From Albugo candida (lineage: Eukaryota): a DNA stretch of 64,000 nucleotides. Location of the stretch: positions 62,001 to 126,000 of the forward strand of contig JBDOQK010000009.1 of assembly GCA_040437565.1 (NCBI GenBank). Direction: 5' to 3'. A program made the position numbers and the translations under genes. Within the stretch, counting starts at the first letter, position 1; every line of letters begins with the position of its first letter. Positions 49,892 through 61,087 of this stretch are shown here, piece by piece. Under the pieces are notes generated by a model. It was not told the DNA's origin. It was given only the letters and a program-made list of their open reading frames with translations, and made no database searches.

Positions 49892-51985
49892 TTACCGACA
49901 AAGTTCTCTATTCGACTTGATATAGGCTTGAATGTAATTGACGAGAAATGATTGCTGACTCTGAGTATACGTTTGAAAGGTGAGTATACCGGTCGAAAGG
50001 ACAAAGTTCACTCGAAAGGAAGAACCCTGGTCACTTCGCATTGCTTTTTGACCAGCATCAATCACGCCGTCCATATTGACACTCTTAATGTCAAGAAGTT
50101 TGATGCTACGCTGTTTGTGCCTTTTCGATGAAAGACCTTCGTGTCCCACCGATAAAGACCGCGCATGATCCCGTGTAGTATACGCATATGGACGAGGCGT
50201 CCAAAAAATACAATTGATTGCAAAATCAATGCTTAATACCGTGCGATGTGACTTATGTGCGCTCTTGCGACTATACTTGAGAACGTGTATACCCAGCCGC
50301 ATAAGCTCCATAAAACCTAGTGCTTCACACTCCTTCTGTCTTGATATTTCGTATATTTGATCCGTTGACTTGATCTGGTCGGCAACAAACCAGGAATGTT
50401 GCAGCAATTCCTTCGCGGTGCCCCGCTTTTCCACATCCGTTTGCAGCATTTTCTTCAAGATGTCTTGGGCATGTGGAGAAACCTGACGCCAGATCACATT
50501 CGATGAGCTTAGACAGCTCATATCTCGTGGATCTTGCGCATGTGTAAAGTTTTCGGAGCGTTGCAACGCTGTTGCTGACTCGATACTGAATGGAAAAGAT
50601 CCAAATAGCAGCACGTACATAATGACACCCACACTAAAGACGTCAGAGGCGAAGCCGTACGGTTGCCCGGTCAGAATTTCCGGAGCCGCATACTCCAATG
50701 TTCCACAACTTCGTGTGAGCATTGCTTTCGAATGCGGAAGCTGCACGGCTAAACCAAAATCACCGATTTTCACCATAAAATCATGGAGTAAGATATTTTC
50801 CGGTTTTAAATCACGATGCAAAATGCAGTTTTCATGCAAAAACGCAACACCGTCTAATAATTGTCGCATAATTTCGCGTGTTTCTTGCTCGAATAATCGC
50901 TGTTTTTTTATCAGATAATCGCACAAATCGCCGTTTTTCATGTAATCCATAATGAGATAAAACATTTCTTCACCTTTCAAATGATACACGCCATCTAAAC
51001 CAATAATGTGGCTATTTGGAGGTAGAGCTCTTAAAATTGCGATTTCTTGGGATAACATTTTGGAATACCGACAGCATTTGACAGCGCACATGTGCGCATT
51101 CACTTGATTGATTGCACGATGGACAACTGAAAACGATCCTTCTCCAATTTCTTCGAGTAAGATATATTTACTCTGATACGAATCAAATGGTTTGGAATCC
51201 GTCGTACGGCTAAAACACAAAGACGATGCAACGATATCTGCTTTGGCTGATGCAATGGTCTCGGAGTGTGTTTCCATAACGCCTTTGGAATCGTTCAATA
51301 GTTGTAATGTAATCTTCCTGGCCTCCATCTTTGCTTGTAGAGCTGTAACCCATCTCAACCAAAGCGGATAATTGTTTGCTTGTAATACAACAGAGGTACA
51401 AGCTTTTGTATTGGAATCTTGCAGCGCATGACCCACAATGTCGACATCATGCAAAATGAAAGATCTCTTCTTGAACTTGACAGGAGCTGTGCTCATAATA
51501 TCGCCTGAAATCTCGAGGCTTGAGTGCACAGTGAAATGGATTTCGTACAGAATGATCGGACTTGTGTTAGATTTGAAGCAGATGAGACCATGATCCCGTA
51601 ATCTGAAAAACCGCTGTTTCCATGTTTCAAATAAGCCCGATGCAACTGATACGCGTTGCTGTAATTGATCTGCTAGGAATCGTTTCCCATTTTGTAGAAA
51701 TCGCGGACTCATAACAGCTTCAAAGGTTGTGGTCGTACTTATCGCTGAAGTGAGACCTGTTTCTAGTCGAAGACAAGGTCGAGATAGACATATTGGGGAA
51801 AGTAATGGATTCACAGAGGCGAGATTGTCATGAGTAGATTCAAATGGAGTAGTCTGCTCGGAAATGGAGTGCGATTTTATAAGGATTGCGTGGCTCTGTG
51901 GTGAGGTATGTAGCTCAGATGAGTCACCTTCGGAACGCACGTGCGAGCATGCTGTTTCTTCGTGGTACAACGAGGGGCAAAGCAT
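49892..51985 (-). CDS. PH-domain CAMK-group Ser/Thr protein kinase
   Basis: PH-like WKQRFFRL...WVTAL; kinase motifs GEGSFS, AVK, HRDLKPEN, DFG, APE; PH-like C-terminal region. Confidence 0.92.
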   Translation of the reverse strand: MLCPSLYHEETACSHVRSEGDSSELHTSPQSHAILIKSHSISEQTTPFESTHDNLASVNPLLSPICLSRPCLRLETGLTSAISTTTTFEAVMSPRFLQNGKRFLADQLQQRVSVASGLFETWKQRFFRLRDHGLICFKSNTSPIILYEIHFTVHSSLEISGDIMSTAPVKFKKRSFILHDVDIVGHALQDSNTKACTSVVLQANNYPLWLRWVTALQAKMEARKITLQLLNDSKGVMETHSETIASAKADIVASSLCFSRTTDSKPFDSYQSKYILLEEIGEGSFSVVHRAINQVNAHMCAVKCCRYSKMLSQEIAILRALPPNSHIIGLDGVYHLKGEEMFYLIMDYMKNGDLCDYLIKKQRLFEQETREIMRQLLDGVAFLHENCILHRDLKPENILLHDFMVKIGDFGLAVQLPHSKAMLTRSCGTLEYAAPEILTGQPYGFASDVFSVGVIMYVLLFGSFPFSIESATALQRSENFTHAQDPRDMSCLSSSNVIWRQVSPHAQDILKKMLQTDVEKRGTAKELLQHSWFVADQIKSTDQIYEISRQKECEALGFMELMRLGIHVLKYSRKSAHKSHRTVLSIDFAINCIFWTPRPYAYTTRDHARSLSVGHEGLSSKRHKQRSIKLLDIKSVNMDGVIDAGQKAMRSDQGSSFRVNFVLSTGILTFQTYTQSQQSFLVNYIQAYIKSNRELCR

Positions 51986-52399
51986 CGCGAGTCGTTGCTA
52001 CACATTTATAGAAAGAGACGTTACATCACGTCTGAGAAAAGAAAAGAACGACATCTCTCGCTGTCTCCATCGATACGCTAGGCTAGTGAGCATTCAATAT
52101 GCAAACTGAGATAAATATCAACTACTTTTCTCCGGAAACGGAAATCTTTCAGCGGATTTAGTGGCGCCCAGGTAGTCTCCTGAATATACGAGGATCAGGA
52201 CGCAGTGAATGCTCTAGCCAAACTCAGCTCAAATCGATCAAAGTCGAGACGGTAAGGAGCTTGGAAGTGGATCAGTCCAAGATATTATTTGTATAGATTT
52301 CTTGAGCGTTATGCGGAGGCCTCGCAGACGATTCTAGCAGGAGAACGCAATATAATTGATACAAACATCATTTGTGTCTTGCGGTAAGTTGAGTTGGGA

Positions 52400-54178
52400 T
52401 CAAAATCTCTCACTGGCAAAGTATATTCTCAGAATCACGTACACGACCAGTAGACATACGACGTAGAGTATCATCAATGTTAAGGCACTTTTCGACATTG
52501 GTGTTTCTTCAGATTGGTGATGTATTCCCGCGCTGACTTGTAGAACACCATTTTCGTTCATTTTGAAGGTAACCGGATGGAAAATACGTCCCGCTTTATC
52601 GATTTTCAAACTTGGAATCGGAAAATCAAATCGACAAATGTGCTCATTTTCACGCGCAATGGAATTCTCACCCTCGTATACATCGACCGATATTCCCCGC
52701 TGATCGTCTTCAAAGGTCTGAAAATATTTTGTTACCTCGGCTGGAATTTGTGAATTTCTTGAAAGTATGATTTCCATACGTCCATCGACTGTCTCGAGTC
52801 CCATCGATAGTGGTATTACATCCAACATCAGCACATCTTGGAGTGTTTTACGATCCATGCCGCTCAATACAGCAGCCTGAATGGCTGCACCTTCGCAAAC
52901 GACTCGATCGGCGTTCACTGAGTCACAAAGCTCCTACAAATCTCCATTTTAAGAAACAGGATCGACATTACGTCGTGCGCTACCTTTTTATCGAAAAATT
53001 CAGAAATGCTAGAGCGTAGCTTTGGAATCCGCGTCGATCCTCCGACCATAACGACCTCATCCACATCACACGGCTCAAGTGATGCGTCCTTGAGTACCTT
53101 TTCAATAGTTGAAATGCATCTACAACATCATCAAATCATTCCGATAATCAGTAAGTACCATTCTTTTGTACCTTTTCCATACTGAGTCGCAGATAGATTC
53201 AAATACATCTCGGCGCAAATTGTATTGAAGTAAACGTGTCGCAACTTTGAGCTCGACGGTCGCTTCCATTGAATCCGACAACTGAATTTTCGCTTCTTCG
53301 ATAGATTGTTTCATAGCGGTCTGTTGATCGATCGTCAATTTGAGAATCCCTCGCTTTTCAAAAGAGCAAAGGATATGATGATAGATAATTTGATTTATAT
53401 CTTCGCCTCCCAAATTCGTATCACCTCCGATAGCTACGACCTTGAACTTTCCTTCGTCAATTCGCATCAATGATACATCTAATGTACCACCTCCAAAATC
53501 AAACACAAGTACTTGTTTATGTCCGGCGATAAAAAGACCGTACGCCATCGCAGCAGCAGTTGGCTCATTCATCAGACGAATTTTCCTGAATCCGGCCATA
53601 CTAGCTGCACGTATGGTAGCCTTACGCTGGCCATCATTAAAGTGTGCAGGGACGGTCAGCACTACATTCTCAATTACTTTAAGATCAAAGTAAGCTTCTG
53701 CCTTTGCTTTCAATTTGAGTAAAATGCAGGCAGCAACTTGTTCCGGCTCCACTATACTTTCATCATTTTTTTCGGTGACGATACAAATTCCAACATTCCC
53801 ACGTTTCGTTGACACAATCTGATGCGTGGAGGACGACTGGAGGTATGAAATTCGGTCATTGGTGTACCTCTGCCCCATCAACCGCTTCACACATCGGATT
53901 GTGTTCTTGCAGGGTGGTGTCGCTTCCAATCGGACTGCTTCGTGTCCGACAGAAACGAGTGATACATCCGTCGGGTCATATCGAACTACGGATGGAAGGA
54001 GATGATATCGCTTCGTATCAAAGTCGTGTTTGAGGATTTTCACGCGTGATTGATCTTTTAGCCATATACCGACACACGAATTTGTTGTCCCAAAATCGAT
54101 GCCAATCGCAATTGAATCATCATCGAACTGATCAGCTCCTCTACCCCAACTATCATACTCATGCTCATTATGATTCAT
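52400..54178 (-). CDS. Hsp70-family protein with C-terminal transmembrane anchor (3 exons)
   Basis: [36 protein letters not shown], spliced VGGSTRIP exon (~52984-53119), [12 protein letters not shown]; ends in [23 protein letters not shown]. Confidence 0.92.
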
Positions 54179-54923
54179 CGGCTCTTATGAGCGCATCTAC
54201 CAACTAGGTGCGATCTCATTATCACCTGCACGCGTGTCTAATGAATGTGTGTTGCTCGAGTTCTACGTGAATGGTTGATTCAGGGCTCAGTGATAGAGTG
54301 TACGCATGGACGGTCTATCAAATCGAATTACACAAAGCAGAGAGGTCTTCTTAGTCGCTTTGTTTGAGTGTCTACTGCTACCGAGGCAGTTGGGATACGA
54401 ACGCGATGCACTTGAGTGATGCTGGCTATCTTAAAGCGATATTGTTGGAAACATTATTCGGCTTTATGGGCAAGCAGGATGGATAGGTAGACGTAGAGGC
54501 TGCATAGGAGTGTTACTACACCGTACAAGTTGATAAAACAGCAATTTCAGAGGCCCGACAGTATCGTTTATTCAAATCTATAATCAGTTATTCAGTTGTT
54601 AGATTGCGGATTGTTAGTGCTCTATCAATGTNNNNNNNNNNNNNNNNNNNNNNNNNNNNNNNNNNNNNNNNNNNNNNNNNNNNNNNNNNNNNNNNNNNNN
54701 NNNNNNNNNNNNNNNNNNNNNNNNNNNNNNNGAGGCTGCATAGGAGTGTTACTACACCGTACAAGTTGATAAAACAGCAATTTCAGAGGCCCGACAGTAT
54801 CGTTTATTCAAATCTATAATCAGTTATTCAGTTGTTAGATTGCGGATTGTTAGTGCTCTATCAATGTGTTCCAGCGAACAAAATGATTTGTTGTTCTATA
54901 AATTTCGCATCAAAAATGATGCG

Positions 54924-55352
54924 TTAATCGTTCCATTGCTTTTTGCATTGAACGCATTTGTAAAATGTGGTCGAAGGCTCATCAGCTGATCGAATTTGAA
55001 TCTGCATAAAGTAAGCGTGGTTGTGCTCGCAATGTGGGCATCGAACTGCAGCGCATTCAGTATCTTGTGATCAGAATAGAGAATGGGACACACACCTTCC
55101 GTTTGATCGACGTTATCCCATGCTTCATCTCCACCCAACACATCGTCTACCTGCTTCCGTTGCAACTGAACGTGTTTCTCAATGCGAGTTTCTATCTGAT
55201 AGAGGTATGGACAAGTCTGGCAAAAGAATCGCATCCCTTCCGACTACAAAGAAGAACTTGAGCCGAACTCAATCACTGTCCGTTTCCAAAGAAAGCTTAC
55301 AAACATTCGGCTCAACCAGCAGAAGATTTGCGCATGATGGACAGAAATGCAT
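54924..55352 (-). CDS. RPC11: RNA polymerase III subunit C11 (3 exons), paralog 2; 5' part repeated at 55459-55722
   Basis: MHFCPSCANLLLVEPN | SEGMRFFCQTCPY...GGDEAWDNV | RCPHCEHNHAYFMQIQIRSADEPSTTFYKCVQCKKQWND*. Confidence 0.93.
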
Positions 55353-57455
55353 ACTAATNNNNNNNNNNNNNNNNNNNNNNNNNNNNNNNNNNNNNNNNNN
55401 NNNNNNNNNNNNNNNNNNNNNNNNNNNNNNNNNNNNNNNNNNNNNNNNNNNNNNNNNNCACACACCTTCCGTTTGATCGACGTTATCCCATGCTTCATCT
55501 CCACCCAACACATCGTCTACCTGCTTCCGTTGCAACTGAACGTGTTTCTCAATGCGAGTTTCTATCTGATAGAGGTATGGACAAGTCTGGCAAAAGAATC
55601 GCATCCCTTCCGACTACAAAGAAGAACTTGAGCCGAACTCAATCACTGTCCGTTTCCAAAGAAAGCTTACAAACATTCGGCTCAACCAGCAGAAGATTTG
55701 CGCATGATGGACAGAAATGCATACTAATCTTATTCCAATTCCTCGCTCTGTTGCTATTGTGTACAAATTGACCGCAGAGCTGATAGTAGTCGTAATTGGT
55801 TGGTTAAAAGTATGGGAAATCGTATGGTGCTAAGGTGAAGAGGATTACAAGCGTTCAAAGTGCCCGCAGATCGAAAGTTCTGTATAGAACAACAGAGAAC
55901 AGCTAAGCATGAAACAGGTCAAGATGATGAGGACATTACTGCTCGGTACTGTTGGCAAAAGAAAATCGGTTGCTGCCGAAGGAAGCACCTGTATGTGCTT
56001 GATCGTTGTGGATGGTTGTGTAAACGCGCAATAGTTCCAAGAGCAGAATCCTACGTCTCATTTATCGAACACATTTGCATGCAATGCAGCGTCTCATCCA
56101 CAGCGAATCGAGGAGGACGGATAACGATTATGCAGCTAGGCCCACACTTCCTCTTTGAGTCCAAGCAGACATCGATAATGACACCAAAGAGAGGAGTCCA
56201 ACAAACTGATTCCAAGCCGCATTTCACTTCTCTGATATCCCCACTGTTTCTTTGCTGCATCGATGCAATGTCGTGTCATGCTTTGTATTATAAACAAATC
56301 GAAAATAATGCGCGATCGAGATAAAGCTTTACAGCCACATTACAATAATGAGCCACTGTTTACCATACAATGGTGTAAGCTGTGTTTTCGTATTCATTTG
56401 CTGGCTCTATGCCAATTGTGTTCATCGGCTTCAGTATTCATCAATTTATATTTCAACAAGTGAGAGTCGAGGATTCTCAGCCGATTCGAATTGCTACGTA
56501 CGCACTTGCACACCAAGCGGCGCTTCAGCTTGATGTCCTACGACATTCAGCCGACAATGGTTGTGAAATAACGATCGTTTAGTTGGAAATGCTCACCAAT
56601 CAGTCGTCACTGCTCTGCCAAGTGATTCAAGCAACATTTGCCCGAGATGTCGTACCATCGCATGTATGTTACTAGCGACTTGATAGTGGCGTATGGGTTC
56701 CTTTTGCACGGAGCCGCTGTATTTGGGTGAGAAAACGCATGTTGTAAGCCGCAAGTTCTGCGCTTCTTAAAATCGGACAAGTGCGTGTGACTGCACTCTG
56801 TAAGCTATTTACGTACAGAAACATTCTCCTGAACGCGTCAGAGGCTCTACAACTCACTGAAATCTCACCGGAAAGCCCAGCTTTTACAAAACACTTCACT
56901 TTTGTATGCAAACCTTCGTTTACAATGATTCTGATCAGGTGGGTTCTATGCATAAGATCCGACCTCTTCCAAGAAAGACGGATGTGATCTACCCTCCTGT
57001 TCGCGGATCCGATCCTTCTAGAATCGCTACATAGTATTTCCCATATATTTTGTTACGAATAAACCAAGCAAATTTTGATTTGGCCAATCTGTGTGCTACT
57101 CTCCATCGAAACGTGTGTAAATGGCACCATCTGATATTTGTCATAGAGTCTAGTATCGGCCAGAGCCGTACCTTATCTATTTAGCAACATATTCTCCATA
57201 TGCGAATCACAATCTGGGCAAAACATAAACAATAAACACGGTTACAGAACATTCTAGCAGAAATCGAGAGAGACGGTGCGCATAATTCGTATAAAATCAG
57301 TAGAAAAAAAAGGCATTGAGCTCACACAGTCCCTCCGTAAGCGTGCAATGTACAACTGTTCGTGCGACATTCAAACGTGCATTTGTTCTGGAACAAATTC
57401 ATTTATAAATTAGCTTCCACTCGACACAAACCAATTCCACAACCAACTTGCAACG

Positions 57456-58211
57456 ATGAATTCACTACGCACTCACCTCTTTGATATTTCTACAACAGAA
57501 TCCCGTCGACATTTGCCCAGTTTGGAGAAATCTCTCGAAGCGAATTTATGTCCAGATGAAGTGATGACTCAGTCACCACGAGCAATCCACAAGCATATCA
57601 ATCACAATCAGCTATCTCCTCGAGAGAAACTCCGATTGCCCTCGTTGCAATCTTTTATTGATCGAAGTAAGCTGTCACAGAATGCGCTTGATACAACTCC
57701 TTTATTGTCTCGAGGACGTGTTATGAGAAAACTTGGACAAACCAAATGTTGCCGGAATGTACAAGCGCCATATTGGACAAGCGAAGAAGCTCCATATCAA
57801 TTAGAAAACATTCTGCACAGCGTCACTCGCTTGCTCTTGAGAGATTCCAAGGTCTCATTAAGCACAAACAAGTCAAAACAGCAAAATCATTCCGTTCGAT
57901 ATTGTGCAATTATAGAATGCTCCAAACGTGCGAAAAGAGGCGGTTATTGTATCGCACATGGTGGTGGTTTGCGGTGCTCGAAAAACGGGTGTCAAAAACA
58001 TGCCGTCACTCTTGGTCTATGTATTAGTCACGGAGGTGGTAAACGATGTAATTTTACAGGCTGCATGAATGCATCACGCAAACATGGAGTATGCTGGAGT
58101 CATGGTGCAAAACGCTTATGTAAGCAGTCGGGGTGCACGAAAGGACCCAAAATCCGAGGATTGTGCTGGGCGCATGGAAAGCGTAGCGAGGAGGCTGCAA
58201 CTACAGTCTGA
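57456..58211 (+). CDS. WRKY19-like CxxxxC...CxxHGG repeat protein, putative transcription factor
   Basis: Four tandem C-x4-C-x-(K/N)...C-x-x-H-G repeats at the C-terminus, a family common in oomycetes. Confidence 0.85.
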   Translation: MNSLRTHLFDISTTESRRHLPSLEKSLEANLCPDEVMTQSPRAIHKHINHNQLSPREKLRLPSLQSFIDRSKLSQNALDTTPLLSRGRVMRKLGQTKCCRNVQAPYWTSEEAPYQLENILHSVTRLLLRDSKVSLSTNKSKQQNHSVRYCAIIECSKRAKRGGYCIAHGGGLRCSKNGCQKHAVTLGLCISHGGGKRCNFTGCMNASRKHGVCWSHGAKRLCKQSGCTKGPKIRGLCWAHGKRSEEAATTV

Positions 58212-59512
58212 TTCATTCCGACTTTACTCACACATTCATATCATCCACTGGAGCCTAATAGCACATGGAACAGCACATCAGCAGTACTCACATACCTCTC
58301 CGTTTCCACTCAACATTGTAAATCAATGATGGATCCCTCAAATTAATTTTTATAATAAATCTGTTTCTTCACTTTGAATTGCGCTGTCTTGAGTCGATGG
58401 AGACGTGTAACAGAGAGCCCAAGCCAATTGAAGACGAAAAGTCTTTCATCGGCAAGGGTGTATAGTCCTGCACTGCTTTTGTGGTGTTGACGTTGTCGAT
58501 AAAGGCAGTAGATATAGAACAGAGCTGCAAGTGGTATTATATTGATACTTACTCTACGGTTCTCAAGATATCTGAGTCCCCAGCGTCCAAAATGCACATG
58601 CAAGAGACACGAAAGTATTTCCCGCAGGCTGTACCAAGCTCGTTGTTGGTTCCAGTGAAATGATGGACATTTGTTTTTGCAAGCATTGAATAATACTCAA
58701 CTTCAGATTTACGAAGTGGCTGAATATTGGATGAAAGTAGAATCAATTTGGCTACGACAGACAACCGATAAGCTTTCATCCGATGGAAAATCAATATCAT
58801 TTCAGCGTACCCTTTCCACGACGAAGATGCTTGATCGTTTGCTTGTATCCAAGGGCGACTTTACCACTTTTGATAACGAGCTGAAGGCGAGAATTAATGT
58901 TTTCCATAGCTTTCTTCTATTCATTCGTAATAGAAAAGAGTGTGAGCGGAAACAAAAGTGGCTATGTACTAATGTACGAGAAAGTTCAAGTGTGGAGACA
59001 ACAATTGCCAATCAGTCTGCTTTTGTGATGCGATAGCGAGGAAGTTAATTGTTATTGCTCTTTGAGATTGAGTATCGGACATCCCAAAACGGTGGCCACT
59101 TTGGAGTGCGTTGGGGATGTTTTACTGTCGCTCCTGCATTTTCTCATCACATAAGAAAAGCATTCTCAGCGGCAGTGTCATCCTCCACTCTTGAAAAGCT
59201 CGTTGCTATTACCGTCTTCTTTGAGGCCACCATACTTGCTTGATTGTTTGCAGCTCTGAATTCAAATGGGACGTATGTTTATTTGCACCAATGGTTCTCC
59301 GCACCAATCATCGATAGCTGTACTTAAGCTTAATTTCTAATTTAATCAGTAAATACGCCTACTTTCTTGTAATTTAATCACGGTTTTATTCAAAAATGTA
59401 AGAGCGCATGTACAGCAGCCATTTCTGATTTGTATGCGTCAAAAGTGAGCTTCCCGTTCTTAGTAAGGTGATGGTAACTGAACGACCAAATAAATAATGG
59501 CGATGATGTTGA

Positions 59513-61087
59513 TTAAACTTCAAATGATTGACGACATGTTGGTGAGCCTGTGAAATCGCTCGCTAGATGCGACGATAAAGGTGTGTCAGTCGATGTCTGG
59601 ACAATATGGTAATCTTGATTGTAAATACTGTTTTTTCTTGACAGTGTTTGAGTTTTGCTTCCAGTCGGTGTTTTTACCATTAGAAAAGTATCGGCGTCGT
59701 CGAATTGACCTTCCGTCAAAGCGCTGATGACTGAAAGATTCTCCTCATACTTTCTCAAACCAAAAAACTTGAACTCTCTTTCGTCAATGTCTGAGCTTTT
59801 CTTTGATGTCAACGTTGTGCAGCTTTCAGTGTCCAAGCATGAAGATGTGCTAGAAAGCGGACTTAGTGGTCGTCTCATTTTTTTTGTCAATACTCCTTTG
59901 AAAAATGCTTCGCTTTTCTGCCAAGTTTCGCATGCTACAATCGTGTCTTGTGCTTCCTGATCAAGTAAGATAGATTCCATAGAGTCCATATCACTCTCAT
60001 CTGTTACAAGTGACCGCCTGTCGGCTGCATATTGAGATGGACGACCACCTCGGAGCTCAGAAATGCGATCCGATAGGGAAGGTGGCTCACCGGTCAGTTG
60101 TGTTTGAATTGCTGGAGTGAGTGGTTTTGAATTATATATTCCAACAGTATACGAGTCTCGTTTGGACATGAATGAAGCGTCGATGTCAATGTCGATAAAG
60201 TGTTGCAGTTCCTCAGTTCGAAGTCTCGTATTACTCACCATCGCTTGCTCGTTTCCATCATAGTCAGCTTCAAACCCATTTTCTAGACCTAGCCGCGCGC
60301 ATTCACACCTCCAGGCCTCATATGAAGCCGATGGGTCAGAATTCCTACGGCTTGAATTTCGGTAATCATTTAAAGAGTGTCTTTTGGTCGCATTGTTGTA
60401 CCGACTCACTCTTTCATCATCACACAATACTTCGGCATAATCTGGACCAATACCGTCCGTCCAAAGTCCAGCAGGCTGTAGATCCCTCTCAGCTTTTCTC
60501 CATTCATGGTATGAGGTCGCACGTCTACCATTCAGATTCTGAACGTATTTCTCGACTTGCTCACCTGAATTTTCAGACATTGGTAACGATTCTTGTTTCT
60601 TTTGGGTCGTTCCAATTGCACCGATACAGTTTTCTCCCCATTGTTGCTGCAGTAAGGCTGCTGTAGTTGGCGCCATTCGCGCAAACATGCGTTCCTTTTG
60701 CTTTTGAGAAGGATCACTTTCACCATGCGCTTGTGGTACTATCTCTTGAGAAACTGGATTCTTGGAGTAATTGTACGTTTCTCGTGTAGCATGGTACTGT
60801 GATTGATTCTGTGAGTATCGCTGATAATTACTAGAATCTTGCCTTTTCGTATTTTGTATCTGCGATCCGCGTTGGTTCTTCAGTCTCCTTTGCCGTTGCT
60901 GTTGCTCCCGTTGCTGTTGTACAATTTTGAAAGCTTCTTCCCTTCCTTTCCTTCGTGCGCGTTGCAAGCAAAAGCAGCAACAGCATAGCAGAAGAAGCGT
61001 GATGAAAATTCCCGCTGCAAGTAACGCCCACCAAGTTCCATCGCTCCATCCAAAAGCACCGTTGAAAATCTCATCTCTCGTCTCCAT
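59513..61087 (-). CDS. Hypothetical single-pass membrane protein (524 aa)
   Basis: Long ORF with an N-terminal TM helix ending in LLLLCCCCFCL, then a basic/Gln-rich stretch and a long low-complexity tail. Confidence 0.8.
   Translation of the reverse strand: METRDEIFNGAFGWSDGTWWALLAAGIFITLLLLCCCCFCLQRARRKGREEAFKIVQQQREQQQRQRRLKNQRGSQIQNTKRQDSSNYQRYSQNQSQYHATRETYNYSKNPVSQEIVPQAHGESDPSQKQKERMFARMAPTTAALLQQQWGENCIGAIGTTQKKQESLPMSENSGEQVEKYVQNLNGRRATSYHEWRKAERDLQPAGLWTDGIGPDYAEVLCDDERVSRYNNATKRHSLNDYRNSSRRNSDPSASYEAWRCECARLGLENGFEADYDGNEQAMVSNTRLRTEELQHFIDIDIDASFMSKRDSYTVGIYNSKPLTPAIQTQLTGEPPSLSDRISELRGGRPSQYAADRRSLVTDESDMDSMESILLDQEAQDTIVACETWQKSEAFFKGVLTKKMRRPLSPLSSTSSCLDTESCTTLTSKKSSDIDEREFKFFGLRKYEENLSVISALTEGQFDDADTFLMVKTPTGSKTQTLSRKNSIYNQDYHIVQTSTDTPLSSHLASDFTGSPTCRQSFEV

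Noticed and set aside
55459-55722. Apparent third RPC11 copy
   Set aside because: Identical to the pre-gap 5' part of paralog 2; assembly overlap.
55860-57000. Cluster of short ORFs upstream of the WRKY19-like gene
   Set aside because: No recognisable domains, mostly non-ATG starts and overlapping frames; likely intergenic.
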